Shown: positions 1 through 13,190, counted from the whole stretch's first letter. The stretch is DNA of 63,871 bases, filler included, from Kipferlia bialata (GCA_003568945.1; 6 parts of 6 records of this genome joined end to end with filler, not necessarily neighbours in it); one strand, 5' to 3'. Numbers and translations: made by a program. Notes: generated by a model not told the origin, from the sequence alone.

Positions 1-46
1 CCCCCTCCTAATCCCATAGAACCCCCCCCCCCCCCCCTCATCCCAG

Positions 47-1311
47 GCATGGATCTGTCCAACATGGAGATATGCCGCAAGTGTGATGCAGTGAGGCCGG
101 AGAGGGCCCACCACTGCTCCCTGTGCAACAAGTGCTACCTGAGGATGGACCACCACTGCCCGTGGGTATGTCACACACTATGTATGGTCTGACTATACTG
201 GTACAATGTGACTTATAGTGAAGAGAGGTCTTAGCCACACTCATATACACCTAATCATACACCCTCTGACCCTTGTAGGTTGCAAACTGCGTGGGTGTCA
301 ACAACTACGGGTACTTCTGGCTCTTCCTGCTCTGGGCATGCATAGGCACAGTCACCATGGGTGCGTGCTCCATACGTATACCTTATCTCTCCCTCTCTCT
401 CTCCATCTATACCCCCTCTGTCCTGTCTGACCCCAGGCTGTGGTATGATCCCCTATCTGTACAAGATGTTCACCACCAAGGGCTACGTGCCCCCAGTCTC
501 GGTGCTCGTGTCCATACCCATATCCATAGGGCTCAGCCTCGGCACAGCGTTCCTCCTCTTCGTCCACACATACCTCCTCGTTACCAACCAGGTACCCCGG
601 GACCATTACCCCTCAACCCTCCTGTGTTCTGTATAGTACTGTATATATACATGTGTGACCCTGACCCCAGACCACCATTGAGTTCTACCAGAACAGGTCT
701 GACCTCAATGAGGCTAAGAAGAGGGGGCAGACGTGGACAAACCCATACGACCTCGGGTGGGTGCCATGGTGTATCTGTATACTTACTCTGTCTCTCTCTC
801 CCTATCACTTACACCCTAGTCGCAAGGCCAACTTTGAAGAGATCATGGGTCCCGTCCACCCCCTCTTTGCCGTATTTGTTCCAGTACCCATCAGACCCCT
901 TTGTGATGGATTCAGCTACAGGCGCAAGGTTGGTGTGTCCTCTCTATCTCTACATGTCTCTCTCTCCCCCCTTTCCTTACTCACTATCAGACCCAGCCCC
1001 TGACCGTTCCCATGGGATGCGACATATTCCTGGAGGGGACTGATGTAGGGGGGAGGGGGGGAGAGAGTAAGCGGTCCCCCAGGGTAGGGGGTGGAGAGAG
1101 CGTGAGTGCTATTGGCCGTACTGATGCAGTGACCCAGGAGATGGATATGGACATGCCCTCTCTGCCTGGTACCCACTCTGCCAGGGGACCGTACGACTAT
1201 CCATCAGCTGGCCTTGCGGATATGTCCCTACCCGTTGTGTCCGGTATACCACACATACCACAGCCAGAGAGAGAGTCATATGGGGCCAGGAGGGCTAGGA
1301 AGGATGACTGA
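47..1311 (+). CDS. DHHC-type S-palmitoyltransferase, 5'-truncated, about 6 exons
   Basis: Exon 47-165 encodes [31 protein letters not shown] and the next exon [20 protein letters not shown] segments, a TTIEF motif and NPYDLG..NFEEIMG follow. Stop at 1309-1311. Confidence 0.95.
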
Positions 1312-1705
1312 TCAGTCATGTTCCCAATAGAAGATATCTCATCCTTCTTTGACTTCAAGTATGAATGTGATAGTTCAGGAGAACGCGTATGGCTCAATAT
1401 CAGAGACACAGGCTCACAAGAGCCCATCCCATATACCAGCATAGGAGTGACTGTCTATTGGCGAAGGGGACCGAGGGCTAGGGTACAGCACATACGCTGA
1501 CCCCGACCCCGTGCTCTACACAACACAGACACTCGTCTCATTGTGCGCTCCTCAGAAAACGGAGGCGAGTGACACAGGTATATATATAGGTGTACAATGC
1601 ATATGGAATAATAATATAATGTGGCGGCGGCCCCACAGCACGTATATACACAGACAGCCATGGGGGTGAAGCAGCCAGGCTCTAGAGAGTGGTTACACAG
1701 AGAGG

Positions 1706-3841
1706 TCACTCGGAGGGCTTCTGCCTCTGCCTCTCCTTCTCGGCTCTCTCTCTCTTCCACCGCTGGTTGCGGGCGGTGTTCTGTTCCCTCTCAGCACCGT
1801 GTACACCCCTGGTGGTCAGAGAGAGATGGGGAGAGGCTATAGGGCAATGGGGTCAGTATAGGAGTATGCATCCATCCCAATATATCCATCCCACCTGGAC
1901 CTGCTGGCTGCCCCGGCTGGGCCTGACCTTCCCTTGGCCCTGACAAACCTCACAGACACACCCTTGCACTGGATGGGTTCCTAGGGGGTGAGGCAGGGGG
2001 GGGGGGGTGATGGAAGAGAGAGAGGAGGGATGGTACCTTAGGGATGGCGGCCCAGACCTCTGCTGCATACTCGACCATGACGGTGTGGGTGGTGTCATCG
2101 TGCTGAAGGGTCAGACAGAGGAGGGGGGGGTATAGAGAAGGAGAGGGCCAAAGCTTGGAGAGAGAGAGAGAGGACAGTGGATACCCAGTACCCATAGCGT
2201 TCCCTACCTGCTGCATGCCCCTTGTGAATGAGTTGACCTCCCTGGCAGGCATCACCCTCTCCACCTGGCCGTACCTGCTGACAATGGCCTGCATGTCGTC
2301 CTGGGGGTGAGCGGGGGCAGAGGGAGTTATCTTTAGGAAAGGCAACACTATTAGTCACAAAGACGCAAATACACAATGAGGGTTTGAACGGAGTATACAT
2401 TCTAGAGTGTACATGTCTGCCGTACCATGCCGAGGTCTCCTGTCAGCTCAATGAAGCAACGGGTCTTGCCGCGGGCGGGCCTCTTCCTCTCCTCGGGGTT
2501 CCGCCTCTCTCTCTCTCCCTTTCCAGTAGCCCTGGGCTTAGGGGTTGCCTTGGACCTGTCGGCTCTGGGCTTGGCCTCCTTCTCTCTCCTAGGCTCTGCC
2601 TTGCCCTTGGCCTCCCTCTCTCTCCTGGGCCTCCTCTCCCTGGGCTCGGCCTTGGCCTTGGGGGCCTCCTCCTTAGCCTCCTTAGCCTCCTTAGCCTCCT
2701 TAGTCTCCTTGGCCTCCTTGGGCTCCACCTCAGCTACAGCCTCAGCAACAGCCTCAGTGGCCACTGGCTCAGGCTCGGCCTCCTTAGGGGCCTCATTCTC
2801 TGCCTCTGCCTCGGGAGCTGGGGTCTCAGCCTTGGCCTCGACCTCAGCCTCAGCCTTGGGTGCCTCAGCCACAGGCTCCTCCTCCTCCTCCTCCTTCTCC
2901 TCTACCACCTCCTCCACAGCCTCAGCAACCACAGCTGGGGTGGTCACAGGAGCACCGGGAACCTCCTCAAGTCTGGAATCAGAATAGGGTGGGGGGGGGA
3001 GTACCCTAACAGAGAGAGACGTATTACACTAATAGCTCACCTGAGGATGCTAGAGCGCACGATATAGGCTGTGAGAGGCTGACCCTTGGGGCCAACTGTC
3101 ACAATGTTATCTGAGGGTGAGCAAACTACATAGGATGGGGCCTCCAATACTCCTATCATATCACAGTGCGTACCAAGATGGAATGACTCCCAGAAAGTCT
3201 TTGTCTCCACATGGTGGGCAAATATGGACCCAGAACACATGATCAGGAGACCTGGGCTGAGACAACGCGATGAACACGGAAGAGACAACAGACCATGACC
3301 GGGACTGGCATACGCAGTAAAACACACACTCGGCCACATACGGGACAAACAAATGGCCCAAAGAACAACACAACAGCAGATAATAACATGGCCAAAGAGA
3401 AGTGACTCGGAACAGAGAATCTACACAATGATCACATACCTCCCTCATAGGCGCTACAATCAATGCTCTTGAGCTTGACATGGTCACCATAGGAAGTGAA
3501 CTCCGTCTTAATGAACTCGGCAACCTCCTCGGCTGTGTTGTACTGCTTGATGACCTCCCCTGCTGTCTGGGAAGAGTGGGTCACAGTGGTAGCAACCTTG
3601 TCATGATAGAAGATGATGCAGTGCTCAGGGTCGGTCAACAGCGTGGTGTAGTACTGAGTTAGAGCTGTGCAAAAGTGTACATCCCCCGCATACAATAAGG
3701 ACCTCCCTTCAGCGAGATAGAGGCTCGAAAAAGAGATCACCAACCAACACCGAACAATACAGACTGATAGAGGGCAAAATGCCTGTAAACTGGTTGTTAT
3801 ACCTCTGAGGCAAACTTGCAACCTAGTGAACGGCCGTTCAT
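1706..3841 (-). CDS. G3BP/Rasputin/Bre5-like protein (NTF2-like domain, acidic Glu/Ala linker, RRM)
   Basis: Spliced N-terminus MNGRSLGCKFASE|YYTTLLTDPEHCIIFYH...KLKSIDCS...IMCSGSI...KTFWESFHL resembles the G3BP NTF2 domain. An acidic/EAK-repeat exon lies at 2426-2975, then RRM-like exons (CFIELTGDL..DDMQAIVSRYGQVERV..VMVEY). Confidence 0.72.
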
Positions 3842-4053
3842 GTGCAGTAGTGGAGCAGTATGGTGAGAGACAGCTACTGTTGCTGTCTCCCGCCCTGAGC
3901 CATGAAAAACTCTCGAAAGAAAGGGTGTAGAGAGAGTATGCAACGTTGCCAACGTTGCAATTACTACGAATCGACGTTGCTTTGAAAGATAACAACCGTT
4001 GGGGAACTGATCTGTCAAACCTGGACACCAAGGCCTTCTTTGCACATAACAGG
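3842..4053. promoter_or_regulatory. Short divergent (probably bidirectional) promoter region between the G3BP-like and SCS-beta genes
   Basis: Head-to-head ATGs at 3841 (-) and 4054 (+), 212 bp apart. No specific element was identified. Confidence 0.45.
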
Positions 4054-6582
4054 ATGTCTCTCGCCCTTGTTGAGAAGTTTTCCGGTGTTCTCTCCTCCGT
4101 ACGTTTTTATTGTCCTATATTGTGTGGTTTCTGGGGACTTGAGTGAGTTCGAACACTTTCTTCAATTGTCAACAGGTTCAAGTCCCTATTTCCAGTCATT
4201 TACGAACATCCGGCTTACTCCAGGCCGCCAGGAGCCTCGTGATCCACGAGTACCAGGCTAAGGGCCTCCTTCGTGACCACGGAGTGAAGACCCTTCCCGG
4301 TGAGGTCTGCTGGACCCCCGAGGAGGTTGTTACCGTCTGCGAGGACCTCCACGCCAACCAGGGAGTCAACCGCTTTGTTGTCAAGTCCCAGATCCACGCT
4401 GGTGGCCGTGGAATCGGAACCTTCACTGATGGATTCCAGGTATGAATGTGTGTCACTCGTATGGAGATATGACAATCGGTTTCACTAGCTCTATACTCGT
4501 ATGCACTCACTGTTTATCGTACATAGCTTGAATGTATACGGCTATGTTCAATGTGCTTACTTGAAGTATAGTACACAGTTGTGTTTCCATTGATATGTGT
4601 GTCAGAGTTTGTCATCTCTCCCCTGTCGTCATCATTCTCCTCACTCTTGTGGTACAATGCATTTGGTTTATCTGTTCTGGATATGTGTTGATATGATACT
4701 GCTTTGCCTTTGCGTGACTCCCTGTTCTCACTGCAGGGTGGCGTCCACCTCTGTGACACCCCCATGGAGGCCAAGGAGCTGGCTGCCCACATGATCAACA
4801 ACACGTGAGTATCAGTCACTCTTCGCTACCCGGCCTTTCACACAATCATTATCCGTATGAATGTATCCATTTCCATTAGCTCTCCTCTCCTCTATCATCC
4901 CGACCCTCACACCAGCCTTGTGACCAAGCAGACCCCCCCTGAGGGCCGCCTTGTGAGGAGGGTGTTCATCGAGGGCGCCGCTGACATCGAGAGGGAGCTC
5001 TACTTCTCCATCCTCATGGACAGGAACTCCAGGGGACCCATGGTCGTGGCCTCCGTCTGCGGAGGTGGGTCGGCTGCTGTTGCCTAAGTGATACATTTAT
5101 GTGTATATTTGTTGTGCATTTGCAACTCTCCATGTGTTATTGGTGTCCATTCGCCCTAGAACTGCCAGTGATATTCCTTATGGTATTCCCATTCTATTCC
5201 CCTAACTGTATGAGCGTACGTGTATCATATATTCCTTGTGCCATCATCACCCACCCCCAGGTGTGGACATTGAGTCTGTGGCCCACGAGACCCCCGAGAT
5301 GATCATCACCATGCCCATCGACATCGACGAGGGCATGACCATCGAGCAGGCCGGAGAGCTCGCCAAGCAGCTCGGTGAGTGCCTGTGTTCAGAATTCCCC
5401 TCTCCCTCTCTGTATGCTTATCATGTCTGACCGTAGGATTCGACAGGCAGCCCCAGCAGGCCACCGAGCAGATCCTGGCTCTCTACGAGACCTTCAGGAG
5501 CACCGACGCCACCCAGGTATCAGTGTATGTTGGATATCGGACTGGTGGAGCTATACTACTCTGGTGCTTATACCGTTTGTGTCTGACGCCAGGTTGAGAT
5601 CAACCCCCTGGCCGAGCTCAAGGACGGGTCCGCCGCTTCCCTCGACGCCAAGCTGAACTTCGACGCTAACGCCGAGTTCAGGCAGGTACGGGGTTGTGTT
5701 ATATTGTATCATGTCATTCCCACTACCCCCTCCCCCCCCTTCTCCTTACTGCCGACCCACCCCAGGAGGAGGTCTTCGCCATGCGTGACATGGCCGAGGA
5801 GAACTGGAGGTAGGGGTGCATGGTATATATGTTGTGTGGCAGCGTGTCACATGTTGTGTCTGACGCCCAGGGAGATTGAGGCCACCAAGTTCGGCCTCAA
5901 CTACATCGGCCTCGACGGCAACGTGGGATGCCTTGTCAACGGCGCCGGTCTCGCCATGGCCACCCTCGACGTGCTCAAGGTGGGTATTATGCCCCTCTCT
6001 GCCAGGGGCAGTCTTGGTCGTTTTTCTCTCTTTCTTGTGTTCTGACCTCCAGCTCAACGGAGCCGAGCCCGCCAACTTCATGGACACTGCCGGTGCCATC
6101 ACCATCGACAAGGTATATACATACCATACATACATACATACATACATGCATATATACATACATATACATCACCATCGACAAGGTACTCCTCCACTCCTTC
6201 CTCACTCACTTCCACATTGCCATTACAACCCTTACCCTAGGTCTGCCAGGCCCTCGAGATCATCATGTCCGACGAGAACGTCGAGGTCCTCCTGATCAAC
6301 GTGTTCGGAGGTATCGTGTCCTGCAAGATCCTTGCCGAGGGCATCCTCAAGTTCAACGAGACCAAGGGCCTCAACATCCCCCTGGTCGTCAGGATGGAGG
6401 GCACCCACGTGGAGGCCGGAAAGGCACTCCTCGAGGCCTCCCCCATCGAGTACTACAAGGTACAGGGGCATTAGTAGAGTGTATATATATGCTGTATTGT
6501 GACAGTGTTGTTCTCCATCTCACCCCAGGCCGACAACCTCAAGGAGGCTTGCGAGAAGGCCGCCCAGCTCTCCAAGAAGTAA
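4054..6582 (+). CDS. sucC: Succinyl-CoA ligase (synthetase) beta subunit with a short N-terminal organellar leader
   Basis: Exons give [109 protein letters not shown] and [12 protein letters not shown] at 6580-6582. Confidence 0.97.
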
Positions 6583-6800
6583 TTGGAGATAGAGGATGTG
6601 GATATGACCGAATGGTCTTGTGTTAGTAGACTCTTTTGCAGAGAATAGAAGGATATTAGTTATTATCTGGGAGCGGAGGGCTATCATTCTCATTATACTA
6701 GGCCTTGTAGTATACACGAACCGACAATCGTAATGCTTAATGAATTTACGAGAACCCAAGAGGGCCTAATCAAACACTCCCCATCATACACTCACTGCAC

Positions 6801-8908
6801 TCAGATCTCGACAGTCTCTGCCGGTGGCTGGGAGGCAGACTTGAACCTCTGGCCCCTGTCTGTGTCGACCTCTCTCTCTCTCTCCCTGATGTCCCTCCTG
6901 TGACTGTGTGCGTGAGGGTGGGGGTGAGGGTGTGTCTCCTGGGTCTCCTGGGGAAGGTCGAGGCCCTGGGGTGAGAGTGTAAAGATAGACACACATCGAC
7001 ATACACACCAAAACCCTCCCCCACCTCCAGCTGCTCCATGCTGATGACTGGTGATATGACTGGGTTGACCACAATCTGCACGTTGATGGGCTGCACCCCC
7101 TGGGTACCCATCCCAGCACCCACTGCACCCACTGCAGAGGAGAAGATGGGGACAGAGGGGGGAGGCCTAGGGGTGAGAGTGGAAGATGGTCGTGTCAGTA
7201 TCAGTGCTGTACACTGGGCACATACCTGACAGGGATAGGGGGAGAGTGGGACTGGGCGTGTGTCTGGGTGTGGGAGAGAGGGTGGGAGCCAGTCTCCTTG
7301 GGGGCACCGGCTGGACCGGCAGTAGCAGGGGTGGGGGCCTAGTATTAGCACAACATATACACATAGTACACGATATATACCAGCTCACGACATCCTCTAC
7401 TCCACGACTCCGATAATGTGTGGTACCTGGGACTGTACGGGTGTCACTGTCTGGGTGACAGAGACTGTGGCGGGTAGGGAGGGGGGAGCGTGCTCAATGG
7501 GGGGGAACATCTCCTGGGGTCAGACGACACGATGGAGAGAGAGGGGGGGAGAGGGGGGGGGGGATCCGGTACCTGACGGGAAGGGGGCACAACGACTCCC
7601 ATGAGAGACGCAATCTCACGCTGCCTGGATGTCAGAATAACATGTACGGTGCTTACAGTAACCCATACACCCACACATACACACTCCTTCCCCACCTGGC
7701 CTCCTTGAACCTGTTGGACACCCTGAGGTACTTGTACCACCCGTCCCAGTGCCTCGGGATGAGGCCTGGGGGTAAGAGGAGGTGAGGGTAGGGATGGTTA
7801 CTACGCGAATACACGCATGTACGCACCGGCCTTCTGTGCGATGGACCTCTGCACCCTGTTGGCAAAGTCAATGGGGGTCTCATCCTCCTGGGGGTCAGTC
7901 ACTCTAGTGGTATATATATATATATACAGAGTGCATACTACACCATGACCCTATATCGGAAGTATACAGAATTCGCCTGTACCTGTATCCTTGTCCTGTC
8001 TATGAAGTGCACGTCCACCACCACAGCCCATCTGGTCATGATGTCGATGATGTGCATCAGGAAGGACTTCTTCCTGGGGGTTGGTTTAGTGTATATACAG
8101 TATGGTATATAGAACGGGCGATGTCTCACACTAGCACCCCACCTGCTGTTCCAGTAGCAGCACGAGCTGAACAGGTCGTTGTACTTGATGGCAATGGGGA
8201 CAACATCGGCCCCAAGCTCAAAGGCTCCCTGGGGTAAGGCAAGAGAACAAGGATGTATAGGCCCTACTCTGTACACAGTACCCAATCCTACCTTCTTGAA
8301 GAGCACGCAGTACTTGTTGTTGACACATGTACCCTCTGGGAATAGGAGGAGAGGCTGCTTGTCCTCCCCAAACACATGCTCTGTGATGCGCTTGCCCACC
8401 TAAGGGGTCAGACACACAGATTGGGGGAATGATACTGGAAGTGTAAAAGTACAATACTGATACCACGTACCAGCCCCCTCTCCCTCTTCTCCATCCTGTC
8501 GAACCACACTGGGTCGAGGCAGTCCAGGATGTTCTTCTGTATCCATCCAATCCAGCCCTGGGGTCAGAGAAGGTAGGTGGGGACACTGTATCATGTATAC
8601 ATGGTGAGATGTATACATGGTGAGATATGGGTCTATTCATGATCAGATGGGCAATAGTAACACTAACGACCCATACAAACCTTGTGGAGCTGTCCCACGA
8701 CTGACATAGGGGTGTAGCTGGAGAGGAGCAGCCAGTCGATCATGGAGGTGTGGTTGGCAACAAGCACCTGGGGGTCAGGGGCAGGGTGGGGGCTACTATA
8801 CTATGGCTATACACACTCGCACCTGCCCACTCTTCATCTCTGGCAGTGTGCCATGGAACTGGACCACTCCCATCCAGGACATGACCAGGACCTGGAGGTT
8901 AGGGTAAG

Positions 8909-8947
<39 letters not shown>

Positions 8948-10939
8948 GTTGGGCCGGGTACCTGGCAGAATGACCTGATGCACCAGACCCTGACCCTCTT
9001 CCTCTTCTGTCTCTCCATGAGATGGGAGCCTATCAGGACGAGGGTAAGCAGTGAGAAGCCGACAGCAATGATCATGACCTGGGGTGGGTGGGGGGATGGT
9101 GGAATACACATGCATAATCATACACTTATGACACTACACTATGACTAAGGACCAATGACATATACCTTGACCGGGAACAGGATGCAGTACCGGGTCACAA
9201 CCCCGACCAGCCACATGACCTAGGGGTGAGGCAGGGAGAGAGTGAGTGATACTGATAGTGATACTGATACTGATACAACCCCTACCAGCCACATGACCTA
9301 GGGGTCAGACGCAGACGATGTGGAAAGAGAGTGGTGGTGGAGCCAAACAAGTAACTGGTAGATCTCAGTAGATACAGAGAGATACATGCCCGTACCATGA
9401 GGAAAGGGTTCCAGTTCCAGGGCCTGGGTCTCTGGTCATCGAAGCACTCGGTGAAGGAGTCCTGGGTTAGGGTATCCATAACCATATCCATCGATATATG
9501 TGTGTATGCGTATATGTATACACTGTATCACCCACCACACTCCGTGAAGGAGTCTTGGGTCGGAGGCTGATACAGCAACACGGCGCCATCACTCGCATTC
9601 CCAGAAATGAATGTATACATAAACCGCCGCCCACCTGCACCACCGCCTGCATGGCGTCTCTGAGGGGGTCGAACAGCATCTCCATCCTGAAGACAGGCTC
9701 GGGGGGCTGCTCGGCATCACCAACCTGGGGGTGAGAATACAGGAGGTGGATAATGGCGAGATCAAATCAAGGCCATGCCATCTATCTGTGCCCCGTACCA
9801 GCTGTGCTGTGATGAGGCGTCTCCTGTGTCTGTGTGCAGTCATGATCCTAGGGTGAGGGTGAGGGTAACACGGGATGGGCTATATATGATGGTAGGATAG
9901 GCCCCCACCTGCTCTCCAGCACTCTGTTGATCTCATTGACAAAGGAGGGGTCGATGTGGACAGGCTCAACCTGGGATGGGATGGGAGGGGAGAGAGAGGA
10001 ACATCACACTTGAGACAGAAAGGTGAGAGAGAGTATATGAGAATCCATACCGGGAACATGTCATTGCCAAATGCGTCCCCGTCCCCATCCTTGGACACAA
10101 AGGCCAGCCTGGAGTGAACAGGTATATAATATATACAATATATATACATTGTGTATAAATACGAAGATCTTGGCCAAGACGCCAATTGCCGCACCTGACT
10201 GCTGCCTCGTCCGACAGGTTGAGAGACCCTCTGATAAGGGCGGGTGCCCTACTAGCATAGGGGACGGGCTGGGTGTGGGCCTTGACCATAGACATGGGCT
10301 TGTACACAGCCTAGGGTAAGAGTAAGAGGTGGAGGAACCAGAGGTAGAGATACCACAGATGAGGAATCCTATTGGACACCAACAGTGACACACAGCCATA
10401 CCTCAGGCGACCTGTTTGGCCCCTTGGCTGTGTGTGTCCCACCCATGCCAGTGTGGTCAGGAACAGGGCTCGACTCGTCATCTGGTATCAATCCACTAGC
10501 AAAACGTCCCACTGATTGATGACGATTAGTCCATAACGGAACACACACTCCCTATATATGTACATAGCTACTAGGGCCCCGTACCTGTGAGTGCCCCTCG
10601 GAGGAAGGACCTACTGCCTGTGAAGCCTGAGGAGTAGGACCCGGCCCTGTTGGTATTGGACAAAGGAGCGGCACTAAAGAGCGAGGAGGCAGACGACACA
10701 GAGGGGGAGAACGACGAGGACGAGGCATCTGTGTCCTCCCAGGTGTCTGGCACCACCCCATCCACTGTCTCCCGGGACCTCTCCACAGTCTGGGTCTGGG
10801 CCGAGACTGGCGTGCCCGGTATTGACTCACCATCACTGTCTGCAAGAGGGACCACAGTGTCAGCAATCTCGACCTCAGGTGTGGCCAGTCCTGGTCGATC
10901 CCCAGTCTCTTCCATATGTGCGGGGCTTAGCTCGCTCAT
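6801..10939 (-). CDS. Glycerol-3-phosphate acyltransferase, GPAT3/4/GPAT9 family (PlsC-type acyltransferase), many exons
   Basis: Motifs DSFTECF..PWNWN, VANHTSMID (about 8738-8764), LLLFPEGTCVNNKYCVLFKK|GAFEL..PIAIKY..YWNS and WDGWYKY. Long Ser-rich N-terminal extension. Exact ends inferred from splicing. Confidence 0.92.
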
Positions 10940-11144
10940 GCGAGTGATCAAGAGACGTGAGTACCAGCTGGGTGACAGACTCTGTCAGACAGAGTGGGAA
11001 ACCTTTGTGTCGAGAAATTAATAAAACCTAGGCCCTCCTTCGAGCAAATGGTCGCCTGTTCCACATTGTTGAGAGAAGTTCTTGTGCTTTCAAGTCTATC
11101 AGAACCCAGAATTCCATAGGAGCCCCTTACTGGCGTCTTAAGCA
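10940..11144. promoter_or_regulatory. Short divergent promoter region between the GPAT gene and the intein-like gene
   Basis: Head-to-head ATGs at 10939 (-) and 11145 (+), 205 bp apart. Confidence 0.4.
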
Positions 11145-12983
11145 ATGTTCTCGGCCCAGTCAAAGGTTCTCTTGAACATCTGGACAGGAGATACCACCTC
11201 TCTGCCCGAAATTGACAGTGTAGAGCATGTACAGGCCATCACGCCCTCTGGAACTGATGTAGACTTCCAGCATCAGCCTCCAGGCGATGTTATTGGTGCA
11301 GTGGAGCCCTGTGGCGATAAGCCGCTGTATTACCTTCAGACTGTCTCTGGCCATGAACTGGTGGTATCTGGCGACACGCTGGTGCGGACGTCGGACTCAA
11401 CCTCCGTTAGAGTCGCCGATCTCAAGCCAGATGGAGACAATAAGCTGCCAGCTGTAGCCGTGACCCACGCCAAGGTGTCCTCGGCAAGGTGAGTGAACGT
11501 GTGTCAATTGTGAAGGGCTGCATTCAATTTGCCTTTGCTCTTCGCTCACTCATGTGTTGTATTGATGTTCCATCCTGTGTTCTCTCATTGATATTTACTC
11601 AATTGATGTAGTTCATCAACTCCTCTGGTGTGTATTTGTCATACACGACCATCCGGGAATTCCACGGTTATAGCCCTATATTCCATTTCCTGTCCCCACC
11701 TCACCCCAGATACGAGAGTGGGGCCTGGGATACTTTGAATGATACCGAGTTCCTGGAGCAGCAGAGACGGCGACCCATTATCACTGAGGTTAGTTTCATT
11801 CTCTCTATTTCCTCTTTGACCTTACACTTTGTGCTTGTGTGGGTTTTGGCTTCTGTCTATCTCATGTCTCTGTGAGGACCAGTCAGTATCAGGTGATAGT
11901 GCCTCTGAGTTATATAGAGAAGGAAGTGTTGTGTTGTGCAAGTGTTTTCCCGTCCCGTGAGTATGTATACCCGCTCCTCATTGTCTCTCTATCTCTCTCT
12001 CTGTCTGACTGTCTAGGCTGAGATGGAGAAGAACCTGGTTGTAACAGGTCTGACACACGAGGCCAGGAAGGACGTCATGAGCAGGTATAGCACATATACC
12101 CCTTGCCATTGTCTCTCTTTCGTCAGATGTCTTTCTCCTCTCCTGCCTCACCCTAAGGTTCAAGACTGTAGGCATTGTCCCCGTGCTCATGGGCGCCCAG
12201 ACCTCCCTTCTCTTCAGGGTGCTTGGTGCCATATCCTCCAGCGGCATAGTCACAGTCACGAGGGGGTCCACTCTCGAGAAGCTCAAGGTGGGGGATTGTG
12301 ATGTTTGTGATACAGGGTCTCTCTCTCTCTCTCTCTCTCCACTGACCCCAGATCCGCGTTGCTCTTGTGCACCATGCCGAGGGGGTGCTGACTCAGATTG
12401 CAGACGAGATCGACTCCTTTGGACTCGGGCAGGTACCGCACTCTCACATTCTCCGACATATCCCCCCCCACCATACCCACCCCACCCTCACCCCAGGCCG
12501 ACCTGGCTGACCTAGGCGAGGCCGAGACCAGGGAGCTGCTGCCCAGGTTCTACACCGGAATCCTCTCTGCTGCCAGGTACCCACAGTACATATCCACCCA
12601 CACCCCACACACCCAAATACATGCATATATATACTTTCTATAATCCCCTCCCATGTATATATCCCAACACCAGGCTCTCCGAGAGCATGCGCCTTCTGAC
12701 CCTGCCCCAGCACTTTGCCCTTCTCCTGCTGGCCCTGGGACTCGTCCCAGGACCCCCTCTCAAGTGAGTGTATGTAGTCTCAGAGCATGTCTCCTCGCTC
12801 TCTTACTCTACCCCCACTCTTCCCTACATCCTCACCCCCAGGGTCAACTCTGTGCCTGCCTGTGTGCGTGCCCTCTCTCCCTTCCACCAGCACATCGAGG
12901 CATACCTGGCCGGACTCCTCTCCATCAGACCAGTGGCTGTGTACCGGAAGCCATGCCGCAGACCATTCTTCAGAGACCCCCAG
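11145..12983 (+). CDS. Stand-alone intein-like protein (Hint N-terminal region plus degenerate LAGLIDADG/DOD endonuclease), 8 exons visible, 3'-truncated by the contig end
   Basis: Phase-compatible exons at 11145-11488, 11710-11788, 12017-12084, ~12158-12287, ~12352-12432, ~12497-12576, ~12674-12763 and ~12842-12983. They translate to MFSAQSKVLL...KPLYYLQTVSGHELVVSGDTLV...VRVADLKPDG...RFKTVGIVPV..LLFRVLGAISSSG...QHFALLLLALGLVPG..VNSVPACVR..EAYLAGLLS. Confidence 0.75.
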
Positions 12984-12990
12984 GTACTGT

Positions 12991-13042
<52 letters not shown>

Positions 13043-13142
13043 NNNNNNNNNNNNNNNNNNNNNNNNNNNNNNNNNNNNNNNNNNNNTTAATTAATTAANN
13101 NNNNNNNNNNNNNNNNNNNNNNNNNNNNNNNNNNNNNNNNNN
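13043..13142. other. Artificial contig linker (N-run, TTAATTAATTAA, N-run)
   Basis: 100-nt spacer with stops in all six frames, identical at five positions. Confidence 0.99.

Positions 13143-13190
<48 letters not shown>

Noticed and set aside
2384..3067. Long plus-strand Leu/Ser-rich ORFs
   Set aside because: Antisense shadows of the repetitive acidic exon of the G3BP-like gene.
11145..12983. Active intein, mobile homing endonuclease or prokaryotic contaminant
   Set aside because: No Cys/Ser1 nucleophile, no block-B His and no LAGLIDADG acidic residues. The gene has host-type spliceosomal introns and sits on a contig of host genes.
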